Counted from the first letter of the stretch, positions 18,557-27,412 are shown. The stretch: 64,000 bases of DNA from a virus (IMGVR_UViG_3300033463_000001:211298-275297); one strand, 5' to 3'. Made by a program: numbers and translations. Notes: generated by a model not told the origin, from the letters alone.

Positions 18557-20128
18557 ATGTCAACACCTACAAAAATAGCTACTAGATTAAAATCAGCAAT
18601 AACCGGTGAAGAGTTCTTTATTGGAACTGTTGGTACTCAAGAAAAGGTTTCTGTATTATTGTCTGCACCTTCCAGTGTGGATTGGACACAATATTCCGTA
18701 GTAGTACAAAATATATCACAAACTGGTTCCCAGACTCTCAATTTAACATCTGAGGCATCTGGTGCAACAACCGTCGGTGTATGTGCTTTCAATATGCCAA
18801 TGGGCGTTATATACGAAGTGCAATTACCGACAATTACGGGATACGTATCTCCAATTAACCAGCGATTCTCAGCAACATCAGCAATGAGACAACTTATTCA
18901 TGAATACACAGCTGAAGGTGAGAAATTCGAACAAGTAACAATACTTGCATCCTTTGCATCTGCAGGAGGTACTGTTGCGTTATTGGAAAATATGACTGTT
19001 ACAGCGCTGTGCACCGATGGAACATCTTATTCAGGTATGTTTAATGCTAGTGGAATGTGTACTATTACCAATATCCCATATGGTAAAACATACACAATTC
19101 AATACCCGGATGTAATTAGTAGTGACGGGTCTATTCCATTTCATCATGACCGCAATAATGAACAGTTTACCGCCGGAGAACCATCAAGGATGCTTAATGT
19201 TACCTATTATGAGGGTATCATTGGTATTCATGGTGTTGACAGGTACGGAAACCTATTAAGTCTAGAAGAAATTGAATCTGGCATCACAAACGGAACGATA
19301 GTTGCTTCCGACATTATAGCAGGATATTACAATGATTCAAGGCTATCTCAGTCAACACGTGGTGATGGTTCAGGTATAGGTAATGCTGTTGTATGGAGTG
19401 TGTGGGATAATAAAATGCAAGGTTCCTGGATGAACCCGAATGGAAGCACTGTTAATGGCGTACCATTGAATAGCTCAGAAGGATATCACCTTGATAAATC
19501 GCGCTGTGCTGGAAAATATTATACGTTGCTAATCTCAGACTACGCAACAAGTAATAGCTATGCTTCAATCATTAAAGACTGTACCGCGCGAACTATAAGA
19601 GCACAAAAACTTTATGCTGTATATAACGATATTGTATATCGCCAAGTAGAATATAGTGACAATCAATGGAAATCTGTAACAGAGACCCCTGTTATTGTTT
19701 ATACTCATGATTCTATTACAAACCTTAACGGTGTAACAGGCGTGACTTTCTATAGCACTGCGCAAGGCGCAACTGATGAAGATAGTAGCGATATCGCATT
19801 TACTGCTGATGTTTTGAACTCTGCCGCAACAAAGAATGGTTTTACGGGTTCATACGCACAGATGAAAGGAATGGCAGACAACTGGGCTAATAACACAACC
19901 AATCCAGGTGCTTATACGGCGTACAGACTCTACAAAGCTTTAGGCATTGAGACTAAGATTACATCTGCTTCCAGCAACGCGACGTCTCACAACATCCGTA
20001 ACGGCTACTGGTGGACGTCTTGTCAGGCCAGTTCGACTTATGGAGTCTTACTGCTTAGTGGCTCCTTCGACATCGGCAACAAGTACTACGGTAGCTCTGT
20101 GTTGGTTTTGTTCGACCCTTTTGAATAA
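18557..20128 (+). CDS. DGR target protein 2 with C-terminal variable region
   Basis: 523 aa. C-terminus ...GYWWTSCQASSTYGVLLLSGSFDIGNKYYGSSVLVLFDPFE corresponds to TR2 (GNWWTSCQNSSTNGVKLNSGSFNNNNKNNSNSVLVLFEP). Confidence 0.8.
   Translation: MSTPTKIATRLKSAITGEEFFIGTVGTQEKVSVLLSAPSSVDWTQYSVVVQNISQTGSQTLNLTSEASGATTVGVCAFNMPMGVIYEVQLPTITGYVSPINQRFSATSAMRQLIHEYTAEGEKFEQVTILASFASAGGTVALLENMTVTALCTDGTSYSGMFNASGMCTITNIPYGKTYTIQYPDVISSDGSIPFHHDRNNEQFTAGEPSRMLNVTYYEGIIGIHGVDRYGNLLSLEEIESGITNGTIVASDIIAGYYNDSRLSQSTRGDGSGIGNAVVWSVWDNKMQGSWMNPNGSTVNGVPLNSSEGYHLDKSRCAGKYYTLLISDYATSNSYASIIKDCTARTIRAQKLYAVYNDIVYRQVEYSDNQWKSVTETPVIVYTHDSITNLNGVTGVTFYSTAQGATDEDSSDIAFTADVLNSAATKNGFTGSYAQMKGMADNWANNTTNPGAYTAYRLYKALGIETKITSASSNATSHNIRNGYWWTSCQASSTYGVLLLSGSFDIGNKYYGSSVLVLFDPFE
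20003..20119 (+). repeat. DGR variable region VR2
   Basis: 117 nt versus 20652-20768. About 20 mismatches, all at TR adenines, plus a terminal G/C. Confidence 0.85.
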
Positions 20129-20169
20129 TTAAAAGCGCTAGGACATTCCTGTCCAGCGCATAAACAGCA

Positions 20170-20583
20170 ATGGGAAAAATTGTAGATAAATACACAGACG
20201 GTAGGGAGATACCTCTATATAAAGCAACGGAAACATTGCTTTATGACGTTGATAATTTGATTAATTTTTTACAGAAAGATAGGAAGCATACTCTTGGACA
20301 ACACATGCTTCTCCTTGTTTTGGATATGCTGGATTGCGTGGCGGTAGCATACGATTTTCCAGAAAGAAAAGTTGAACAATTAAAGTTGTATATTTCGAAG
20401 TATAACAACTTGGCAACAATTCTTAAAATGTGTGAAATAAAGGGTTATCTAATGAACAATAATAAGAACTATTATGTTGAGATGATTAAACCTTTAGGAA
20501 ACGCATATAAACAAGCTAAAGGTTGGTTAGTATCCGCAAACAAAGAAGCCGGAGTCTGTATGGATAATACAGAGAGCGCGTAA
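20170..20583 (+). CDS. avd: accessory variability determinant-like protein
   Basis: 137 aa helical ORF between target 2 and TR2. The segment KDRKHTLGQHMLLLVLDML resembles the PRKHG region of known Avd proteins. Confidence 0.55.
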   Translation: MGKIVDKYTDGREIPLYKATETLLYDVDNLINFLQKDRKHTLGQHMLLLVLDMLDCVAVAYDFPERKVEQLKLYISKYNNLATILKMCEIKGYLMNNNKNYYVEMIKPLGNAYKQAKGWLVSANKEAGVCMDNTESA

Positions 20584-20587
20584 AATT

Positions 20588-20651
20588 TAGGGTGGCTATC
20601 TACTTTCTCCAGAAATGGGAAGTTAAGAATAAGATAATGATAGCGACATAC
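20588..20651 (+). other. conserved TR leader element (copy 3)
   Basis: AGGGTGGCTATCTACTTTCTCCAGAAATGGGAAGTTAAGAATAAGATAATGATAG; same architecture as the TR1 and TR3 leaders. Confidence 0.45.
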
Positions 20652-20768
20652 GGCAACTGGTGGACGTCTTGTCAGAACAGTTCGACTAATGGAGTCAAAC
20701 TGAATAGTGGCTCCTTCAACAACAACAACAAGAACAACAGTAACTCTGTGTTGGTTTTGTTCGAGCCT
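20652..20768 (+). repeat. DGR template region TR2
   Basis: AAC-rich copy of VR2 ending 4 nt before the RT2 ATG. The ORF-track 'protein' 20592..20780 is just its translation. Confidence 0.85.
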
Positions 20769-20772
20769 AAAT

Positions 20773-21996
20773 ATGAGTGAGTGGTGTACAATAGAAGAAG
20801 TATATGCTGCCTATCTTGACTGTAAAAAGCACAAAACAAGGTCTAGTTCATACGCAGAATTTGCTGCTAACGAAGCAATAAATTTGTATGAATTATGGCT
20901 TGATTTGAATAATCATACCTATAAAATTGGTTTAAGTGACGCATTTTGTGTTACACGGCCAAAAGTTAGGGAAGTATTCGCTGCTAGGTTTCGCGACCGT
21001 ATAGTTCACCATTTGGTGATTATGCGATTGTTGCCTATATTTGAACAACATTTTATTGAAGATACGTATAATTGCCGAAAAGGGAAGGGTACGGATTACG
21101 GAATTAATCGTGTATTGAATTTTACTAAAAACCACCCAAATGGTTGGATATTAAAGTATGATATAAGTTGTTTTTTCATGAGTATTAACAAAACTTTGTT
21201 AAACTCAATGCTGAAAACATTTATTTGCGATAATTATAGTAGGGATGACAAAGACGAGATTTTATCTTTGGTAGAAATGATTGTCATGCATCGCCCTGAA
21301 TTGCTTTGTATAAGGAAAGGTGATTTAAGCTTATGGAATCAATTACAAAAAGGAAAATCTTTATTTCGCAGCGACGGAAATCACGGCCTTGCAATTGGCA
21401 ACCTTACAAGCCAGATATTTGCGAATTTCTACATGTCGCAAATAGATAAATGGCTAGCAAGTATTGATGGTGTAGAATATGGAAGGTATGTTGATGATGC
21501 AATTTTAGTATCTGACGATAAAAATTTATTACTATCTATACTCCCCAAACTGCGTGAGCGATTAAGCGTTGAGCTTGATTTAGAACTACATAAAAAGAAA
21601 ATATACATACAACCAGTCAGGCATGGCGTTTCGTTTTTAGGGAGCGTAATTAAGAATGGGCGTTTATATGCAGGAAATCATACAGTTACAAATGCATTTA
21701 ATATAACGAAAGAGTTTGCGTGTAGGTTAGATAAGGAGAGTTGCGTTGAAAAATTTGCACAGCGATACAATTCTTATATGGGATATCTAATACATCGTAA
21801 AACATACGCAATCCGATGGAATCTATGGAATAATGTAGATGAAGAAACAAAAAAGTTTGTATACTTAACAAAACGCATGGGTTTAATGCGTGTAAGGGAT
21901 GTGTACAAAGAGAAAACTAAGCTAAAAAGTCAATATAAACATGATAAAAGAAACATTAGCAATAAACGACTGGGAGGAGTTGTCAAAGGCTTTTAA
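20773..21996 (+). CDS. DGR-type reverse transcriptase 2
   Basis: Start moved to ATG 20773 (MSEWCTIEEV), downstream of TR2. Motifs IGNLTSQIFANFYM and YGRYVDDAILV. About 50% identical to RT1 by eye. Confidence 0.9.
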   Translation: MSEWCTIEEVYAAYLDCKKHKTRSSSYAEFAANEAINLYELWLDLNNHTYKIGLSDAFCVTRPKVREVFAARFRDRIVHHLVIMRLLPIFEQHFIEDTYNCRKGKGTDYGINRVLNFTKNHPNGWILKYDISCFFMSINKTLLNSMLKTFICDNYSRDDKDEILSLVEMIVMHRPELLCIRKGDLSLWNQLQKGKSLFRSDGNHGLAIGNLTSQIFANFYMSQIDKWLASIDGVEYGRYVDDAILVSDDKNLLLSILPKLRERLSVELDLELHKKKIYIQPVRHGVSFLGSVIKNGRLYAGNHTVTNAFNITKEFACRLDKESCVEKFAQRYNSYMGYLIHRKTYAIRWNLWNNVDEETKKFVYLTKRMGLMRVRDVYKEKTKLKSQYKHDKRNISNKRLGGVVKGF

Positions 21997-22501
21997 GGTT
22001 GGTAATAAGCAATTCTATTACTTACGCATGTTCAAAAAAGACCTGCCTGGTGATTTGTGTGTTTGCTACACCGAATTAGTTGACCACCAACCAACACAAG
22101 AAGAAAAGGATGAGTTGTATGCAGCTTATCTTGCCGGAATGAAAAATATGGTAATAGACGAGATTGTCGCATATGATTCTTCTAGTGCCGTAAACAAATT
22201 CTATATCAACGGTATTGAAGCGTGGCTGGATAAACAGACTCGTGTTGGATTAGTGAACCTTCTGGAATCGCAAAAGAAAACAGAACACACTCGCACAACA
22301 CTTTGGTTTAATGGAACACCAATCGAGTTAGATATTGAAACAGCGCTCAATATGTTGTATGAGCTTGAGGTATACGCTGGCTTATGTTATAACCAAACGG
22401 AATTACATAAAGCCAATGTGTTAGCTTTAGTAAATATTGATGACGTCGAAAACTATGGCTACACAACAGGATATCCTGAATACCTCGAATTTGAGGTGTG
22501 A
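21941..22501 (+). CDS. DGR-module-associated ~186 aa protein, paralog (copy 3 of 3)
   Basis: KFYINGIEAWLDKQTRVGLVNLL...LEVYAGLCYN...TTGYPEYLEF. Confidence 0.55.
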   Translation: MIKETLAINDWEELSKAFKVGNKQFYYLRMFKKDLPGDLCVCYTELVDHQPTQEEKDELYAAYLAGMKNMVIDEIVAYDSSSAVNKFYINGIEAWLDKQTRVGLVNLLESQKKTEHTRTTLWFNGTPIELDIETALNMLYELEVYAGLCYNQTELHKANVLALVNIDDVENYGYTTGYPEYLEFEV

Positions 22502-22583
22502 GTATTATAGAAACGGCCTTGTTATTAAATTCATAGGCGGAACGCTAGTAGCAGAATGGAATCGAAATGATTCGGAATAATAA

Positions 22584-22618
22584 AAACCGGTACCTCAATC
22601 GAGATGCCGGTTTTCTTG
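22584..22618. terminator. bidirectional Rho-independent terminator between convergent genes
   Basis: AACCGGTA-cctcaatcgaga-TGCCGGTT hairpin, A-run on the 5' side and TTTTCTTGTTG on the 3' side. Confidence 0.6.
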
Positions 22619-22621
22619 TTG

Positions 22622-23008
22622 TTAGTACACAACCTCTTCGCAGTTGTATCCCTGTTTCCTAATCCAGTCAGCAACGAGATGCCTATGACAGAAGTCGCCT
22701 GGTTTCTCGTAGCACAAGAGCGTTAATTCATCAAGCGCTACGCCATCGGAACCGTAGAATTCATTCAAATCGAACAGGACGTTGAGTATATCCAATTTCG
22801 ATAACACCTCATTGTTAAACCTGCGTGTATACAGTTCCGTGTCTCCTTTTTCAACTCCACCATTTTTGTAAGCATTCAAGATGCTATATGTCGGTGCTAG
22901 CTTCTTATATTCAGGTTTTCCTAGTGCTGTGTACCACACAGGTGCTTTCGCTGCGATAGAGACGGGATATTTGATTTGTTTTAACTTTGCAAAATAACTG
23001 GTTTTCAT
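22622..23008 (-). CDS. DUF488-family protein
   Basis: 128 aa with the conserved ...EKPGDFCHRHLVADWI... block typical of DUF488. Last gene of the NAD operon. Confidence 0.5.
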   Translation of the reverse strand: MKTSYFAKLKQIKYPVSIAAKAPVWYTALGKPEYKKLAPTYSILNAYKNGGVEKGDTELYTRRFNNEVLSKLDILNVLFDLNEFYGSDGVALDELTLLCYEKPGDFCHRHLVADWIRKQGYNCEEVVY

Positions 23009-23754
23009 AGTCCATAGAGTTTATGTTCATGCATGTACCTGAGCGACTCCTTGTAGTTTGGCAACCACTGTTGTAAATTTTTCTTATTTACATCAAACTG
23101 TATGCTTGCGTTAGGAATGCTTCCGATACATCTCCTCAGTTCTGTTGACGATATCTCCTGGATGTTGATATTCTCAGCGTAGATGCAGTTGTCATTCAGC
23201 AAGCGCCTATCAACCTCGTATCCTTTGCGTGGGATGATGATTATCTTAACAATGCCGGAGTTCAATAACCAGTTGTAGTCCTTGAACTTTTCTATACTAT
23301 TAAAGCTATCAACACCCATCACAAAGTAATACTGGTTCTCATTGAAGACGTTCTCACAGACGATGCGCTTCAATGTATCAACAGTATATGCACATTGCGC
23401 GGTGCCGAAGTGAACAATCTCGTAAGGACTTATAACAATTTTATCCTTGAACCAGTCACGAATGAACTGAGGGTACTCCGGATTTAATGTCATTTGTTTT
23501 AGTGCAATGTCACACAACTTGCACCGGTGGTATGCATCAACAGTTTCTGAGTTACCTGTCTTGAACGGACTACACGGAGAAGGGAGGACATAAACCTTTT
23601 GCACAAGGACAGGATTCTCACGTTGCCCATCCCCAAGCAATGCCATTACCGTCTGTACGTGCCCAGCATGGATAGGATTGAATGAACCACCGTATATGGC
23701 GATTTTCGTACACCTATCCACACCTGGATGCATTAAGCCGTCAACTTCCAACAT
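23005..23754 (-). CDS. nadD: nicotinate/nicotinamide-mononucleotide adenylyltransferase
   Basis: GGSFNPIHAGH (HxGH nucleotidyltransferase motif), ...SPYEI..., FVMGVDSF and ISSTELR blocks match the NadD pattern. Confidence 0.8.
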   Translation of the reverse strand: MLEVDGLMHPGVDRCTKIAIYGGSFNPIHAGHVQTVMALLGDGQRENPVLVQKVYVLPSPCSPFKTGNSETVDAYHRCKLCDIALKQMTLNPEYPQFIRDWFKDKIVISPYEIVHFGTAQCAYTVDTLKRIVCENVFNENQYYFVMGVDSFNSIEKFKDYNWLLNSGIVKIIIIPRKGYEVDRRLLNDNCIYAENINIQEISSTELRRCIGSIPNASIQFDVNKKNLQQWLPNYKESLRYMHEHKLYGL

Positions 23755-23756
23755 AG

Positions 23757-24287
23757 TTAGTCAATATGTAGTTGGCGTGCCATGAACGGAACATGTTTGT
23801 AGAACATCTCCGGAATCAACTCTTCGTGGCCGAAAGCCCAGTCGTATGAATCTCTATCACCGAACGGAACCCATTTAATGCCTGCAATCTCGTCCACCTC
23901 AGAGTTCGTGTCGTTGAAGGTGAAATCACTTGTTACCTTATCGTTGATAACGGTTACATAACGCAGTGTGACATTCTGGTCTTTCTTCTTACTGAAGGAT
24001 ATCGAGTCAAATACCATCTGTTCTGGCTTCAACCCAACGCCTGTCTCCTCGAAGATTTCGCGAACAACTGCCTCGTTGCCATTCTCATCGAAGTCCAGGA
24101 ATCCGCACGGTGCGTTCCACTTGAAGTTCTCATCGGGACAACCGGCACCACGCTGATTAGCAAGCACGCACCATGTACCATCTTTGTCACGACAGAAAAC
24201 GAATCCTACAACTGCTACTGAACGACTACGCCAGTATGTCTGCCCGTCCACTTCGAACGGGAAATTTTTCATTATTCTCTCACCCAT
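23757..24287 (-). CDS. Nudix hydrolase (candidate ADP-ribose/NAD(H) pyrophosphatase)
   Basis: Perfect Nudix box GFLDFDENGNEAVVREIFEETGV (Gx5Ex7REUxEExGU). Confidence 0.8.
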   Translation of the reverse strand: MGERIMKNFPFEVDGQTYWRSRSVAVVGFVFCRDKDGTWCVLANQRGAGCPDENFKWNAPCGFLDFDENGNEAVVREIFEETGVGLKPEQMVFDSISFSKKKDQNVTLRYVTVINDKVTSDFTFNDTNSEVDEIAGIKWVPFGDRDSYDWAFGHEELIPEMFYKHVPFMARQLHID

Positions 24288-24288
24288 A

Positions 24289-25446
24289 CTATTGCTTAAT
24301 ATCTAATTCTTTCATCGCAACCTCCAACTCCTCAGGAAGACCCATCATCTTTCCCTTATCGTCGGAAATCTTCACACAATAGTTCCACTTCCAACCTCTG
24401 AACTGGCAGCGATTTAACTTCATAACGATGTTCATAGGCTTGTAACCGGTATCGTTTGTTAAATTTGTTCCGATGCCGGCGCTACACATGATTTTTCCAC
24501 TGCAGTACTCAGCAATCTCCTTGTACTTTGGGAAATCCAGCGCATTCGAGAAAACAATCGTCTTCGTTGTCGGGTCAATGCCATAGCTCTTGTAGAAGGC
24601 AACAACCTTATCAACGAATTCATACTCGTCACCGCTATCCTGGCGCACACCGTCGAACAGCTTTGCCTGCTTCAGCGTGAAGTTATTCAGGAAAGCATCC
24701 AATCCCCACGTATCGGTCAGTGCGATGCCAAGGTCACCGTCATAGGTGCGTACCCAGTTCTCGTATGCCTCGAAGTTGGCGTTGCGATAGCCGTACAGTG
24801 CACCGTGCATCATTATCCATTCGTGAGCAACAGTACCGATTGGCTTCATATCATATTTCCATGCCAGATGTACATTTGATGTACCAACACAATAGGCTGC
24901 GTAGTCTTTCAAGTACTCAACCACCATATCCTGTACCTCGTAACTGAAGCGACGGCGTGTTCCAAACTCAGAGAAGAGGAGGTTGTTGGTATTGGAGAGC
25001 ATAACCTTTGCCTCCAGGCGGCTCATCACTTCTTGCTTGTCAAGCTTGTTGTGATGGTTGCATGCCTCAGAAACGATTGCGAGGATGGGAACTTCGTACA
25101 GCGTGGCCTTGTACATGAGGTCTGTAACGGAGATATGAAGATGGCGCTGCTCGTCAACCCACAGGTCGATTTTATCTGACTCGAAACGGAATCCGGATAG
25201 CCACTCCCAGTAGAAAGCAGGGATGTACGGCATTTTCTCGATTGCCCATTCCTTCATATCCGGGGACATGGAAACCTTTTCCAGGTCGAACATCGCCATT
25301 TTAATGCGTGCAACCGTAGCGGCGTCGTACTCAGTATTATTGCGGTCGTTAAACACAAACTCACCCACCACATTAGGGAAGAGTTTCATATAAGCGTAGC
25401 CCATGCTAAACTTATACAAGTCATTATCAAGAAGGCTTTGAATCAT
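24289..25446 (-). CDS. pncB: nicotinate phosphoribosyltransferase family enzyme (PncB-like; NadV/Namat-like not excluded)
   Basis: N-terminal LLDNDLYKFSMGYAY (compare PncB LLDTDAYKLHM) and FGTRRR motif. Start moved to the MIQSLL Met (ORF track 25554 gives an N-extension). Confidence 0.75.
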   Translation of the reverse strand: MIQSLLDNDLYKFSMGYAYMKLFPNVVGEFVFNDRNNTEYDAATVARIKMAMFDLEKVSMSPDMKEWAIEKMPYIPAFYWEWLSGFRFESDKIDLWVDEQRHLHISVTDLMYKATLYEVPILAIVSEACNHHNKLDKQEVMSRLEAKVMLSNTNNLLFSEFGTRRRFSYEVQDMVVEYLKDYAAYCVGTSNVHLAWKYDMKPIGTVAHEWIMMHGALYGYRNANFEAYENWVRTYDGDLGIALTDTWGLDAFLNNFTLKQAKLFDGVRQDSGDEYEFVDKVVAFYKSYGIDPTTKTIVFSNALDFPKYKEIAEYCSGKIMCSAGIGTNLTNDTGYKPMNIVMKLNRCQFRGWKWNYCVKISDDKGKMMGLPEELEVAMKELDIKQ

Positions 25447-25711
25447 GTAAATAAAGTTGTTTAAAGTTTTCGTTATATTCTGCAATCTCCTTTTCGAGAC
25501 GTGCAATGCGTTCATCGCTGTATCCGGATATATCGTATACCTGACGGTCACCAATCACTTCGTCAACTGGCATGTAGAGCACTTTAACGGTATCATCAAA
25601 CTCAGAAGATATATGCTTGATGACATGTTCTACAAACTCAGGAACGTCGCCACGGTTAACGCCACCGATGTAAATCTGGATAACGATAATGCGTTTTTCT
25701 TTATCAGTCAT
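25427..25711 (-). CDS. hypothetical protein (94 aa)
   Basis: Compact ORF coupled to neighbours inside the operon; acidic C-terminus; no motif recognised. Confidence 0.45.
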   Translation of the reverse strand: MTDKEKRIIVIQIYIGGVNRGDVPEFVEHVIKHISSEFDDTVKVLYMPVDEVIGDRQVYDISGYSDERIARLEKEIAEYNENFKQLYLHDSKPS

Positions 25712-26540
25712 CGTTACAAATGATTAATGAATCAACAAAGGCACGGCCAGCACCGGTAAGGATAGGCATTTCAGTATCTACATACCATTGCGTGCGGACA
25801 GTCTCCTCACCGTGCTGGTTAGTAAACGATACACCCCTCTTGATGCATGCAGAACCACGCTTCTGCGGAATTGGTAGGTCATTCCAGTTAATACCTTTCT
25901 CCGTGAAGAGCTTATCTTGCAGCTTATTGCAGTTCAAGCCGAACATCTCCTTGTGTGAGAAATGTGCCTGTGCCAATGCCTGAATAGAGTTGCGTGTTGC
26001 ATCTTGCTGGCGCCAGAGGATATTATTGGTTACATCCTCTTTCGGAACATTGAACGCGCGACAGTCGAAGATGGCACCATCCAGTGTTACACGGTCATAT
26101 GCGTTATATACCTTGCGGAAATTATCCGTAGTAACGGTCAGGTCAACCACTTCTTTGGAACAGATGGCCATATTTGCTACGAAGTACGAGTTAAAGGCCT
26201 TGGTTGCCATGGATGCAGCAACGGAGCACATTTTCTGTACTTCATTATCGAACCATGCAGATGAGTTGAGTTTCTTGTAGTCTACAAGGATAAGCGTTAT
26301 CTCATCCGACTGTGTATAGCCGAATACACAACCTTGTATATGCTCACAGAGATACTTCATGGTATCCTGCATGGTTTTCATCATGACCGGGTCAAACGGT
26401 TTGATAAAGCCACGGGTTGTCGTGTGGAAGTGACACCCGTCGAGACGCAGAATAACCGGCATACGAGGAACAAGAGACGTCTTGCTGACCGCCTCGTACT
26501 TCTTCATTCTATCGCCGAGTGAATCGTTTTTGTTTGCCAT
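25704..26540 (-). CDS. tRNA-His guanylyltransferase (Thg1)-like 3'-5' nucleotidyltransferase
   Basis: VILRLDGCHFH...KPFD...GYTQSDEITLIL and ...LWRQQD... align with Thg1 family signatures (RLDGRNFH, AYGQSDE, SWRQAD). Confidence 0.75.
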   Translation of the reverse strand: MANKNDSLGDRMKKYEAVSKTSLVPRMPVILRLDGCHFHTTTRGFIKPFDPVMMKTMQDTMKYLCEHIQGCVFGYTQSDEITLILVDYKKLNSSAWFDNEVQKMCSVAASMATKAFNSYFVANMAICSKEVVDLTVTTDNFRKVYNAYDRVTLDGAIFDCRAFNVPKEDVTNNILWRQQDATRNSIQALAQAHFSHKEMFGLNCNKLQDKLFTEKGINWNDLPIPQKRGSACIKRGVSFTNQHGEETVRTQWYVDTEMPILTGAGRAFVDSLIICNDD

Positions 26541-26566
26541 AGTTGTAATAGTTTTTCAAATTCGCC

Positions 26567-26617
26567 CACAAAGATATGTAAAATTTTTGATATATACAAA
26601 TCCTGTGGACGAATTTT
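26567..26617 (-). promoter_or_regulatory. Bacteroidota-type promoter (TTTG-N20-TATCTTTG) within a 50 nt conserved repeat, copy 1 of 3
   Basis: Minus-strand read: AAAATTCGTCCACAGGATTTG-tatatatcaaaaattttaca-TATCTTTG, 22 nt before the Thg1 start. Near-identical copies at 44485-44535 and 51899-51949. Confidence 0.6.
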
Positions 26618-26619
26618 CA

Positions 26620-27198
26620 TTACTCTGCAGCAGCTGCGGCGCGTTTTGCCTTCTTTTCGGCAATCTTCGCCAGCTGTGCTGCCTTACGTTCTGCGCGCTC
26701 TTTCTCTTTTGCTTCGCGACGAGTTTTGAGGTAGGCTTGTTTCTTCTCGCGCTTTTCTGCACGAGCCTTCTCGTCGGCTTCCTCCTGTTTTTTCTTCTGC
26801 TCCTCTGCTTTCTCAATTCGCTCTTTGCGCTTTGCAGCGAAGTCCTTGAAGTTCTGAATTTGCTCGTCAACAATCTCACGCAGGAAGACCTTGCCTTCAT
26901 CCGTTCCGTTGAGGAATGTAATGAATCCGCGTACTGCAGAACTGAGCGTGCTGGTCTTGTTCTCACATGCAGCAACCTCTTGTTCGAGAGAGCTCTTGGA
27001 ATTCATAATTCGTTCAACAAGAAGAGAAACTTCTTTGCGGAAACTGTAGGTAAGCGTCATCTTGGTATAGTAATGACTATACTCTTCCGGCGTCATTCCG
27101 TTGTGTTCTTTCTTGAAACGCTCCAGCGCCTCTTGGGATAACTGTTGAACATCGTCCAACGTCTCCATGGTGTTACCGTTTACACTTTTAATTGCCAT
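26620..27198 (-). CDS. hypothetical protein with Lys/Glu/Ala-rich coiled-coil tail
   Basis: 192 aa; C-terminal 70 aa low-complexity KEKRAE repeats. Confidence 0.5.
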   Translation of the reverse strand: MAIKSVNGNTMETLDDVQQLSQEALERFKKEHNGMTPEEYSHYYTKMTLTYSFRKEVSLLVERIMNSKSSLEQEVAACENKTSTLSSAVRGFITFLNGTDEGKVFLREIVDEQIQNFKDFAAKRKERIEKAEEQKKKQEEADEKARAEKREKKQAYLKTRREAKEKERAERKAAQLAKIAEKKAKRAAAAAE

Positions 27199-27211
27199 GT
27201 GTTCTCATTTG

Positions 27212-27400
27212 TTAATCGTCAATTACCTGCCAATCCTCGCGGTTAACGAACTTGTCAAACCACGGGCTGTTATCAATGGTACCTTCTTTTGTGCGTACGT
27301 AGAACAGATTATCATCGCCTACGAACCACCAGCCTTCCCACTCTGGGAGCTTAATCTTTTTGCCACTATATGCTGCGGCCAGCGCTAATCTAAAGTTCAT
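27212..27400 (-). CDS. small hypothetical protein (62 aa)
   Basis: Compact ORF between the coiled-coil gene and prs on the same strand. Confidence 0.4.
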   Translation of the reverse strand: MNFRLALAAAYSGKKIKLPEWEGWWFVGDDNLFYVRTKEGTIDNSPWFDKFVNREDWQVIDD

Positions 27401-27412
27401 ATCCTTTATTGT

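Noticed and set aside
20133-20157. Hairpin GCGCTAGGACattcctGTCCAGCGC after DGR target gene 2
   Set aside because: It is not followed by a T-tract, so I did not call an intrinsic terminator. It could still be an RNA structure.
20707-20772. ORF-track N-terminal extension of RT2 (MAPSTTTTRTTVTLCWFCSSLN...)
   Set aside because: The extension is encoded by TR2 itself in another frame. The RT start is the ATG at 20773, mirroring RT1, which starts 3 nt after TR1.
20592-20780. ORF-track protein MAIYFLQKWEVKNKIMIATYGNWWTSCQNSSTNGVKLNSGSFNNNNKNNSNSVLVLFEPKYE
   Set aside because: It is the in-frame translation of the non-coding DGR template TR2 (an Asn-rich AAC run), not a gene. Likewise 12353..12583 overlaps TR1.
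26482-27141. 219 aa + strand ORF with Leu/Phe-rich low complexity
   Set aside because: It is antisense to the KE-rich coiled-coil gene 26620..27198 and to a strong minus-strand promoter. It is an artefact of repeat composition.
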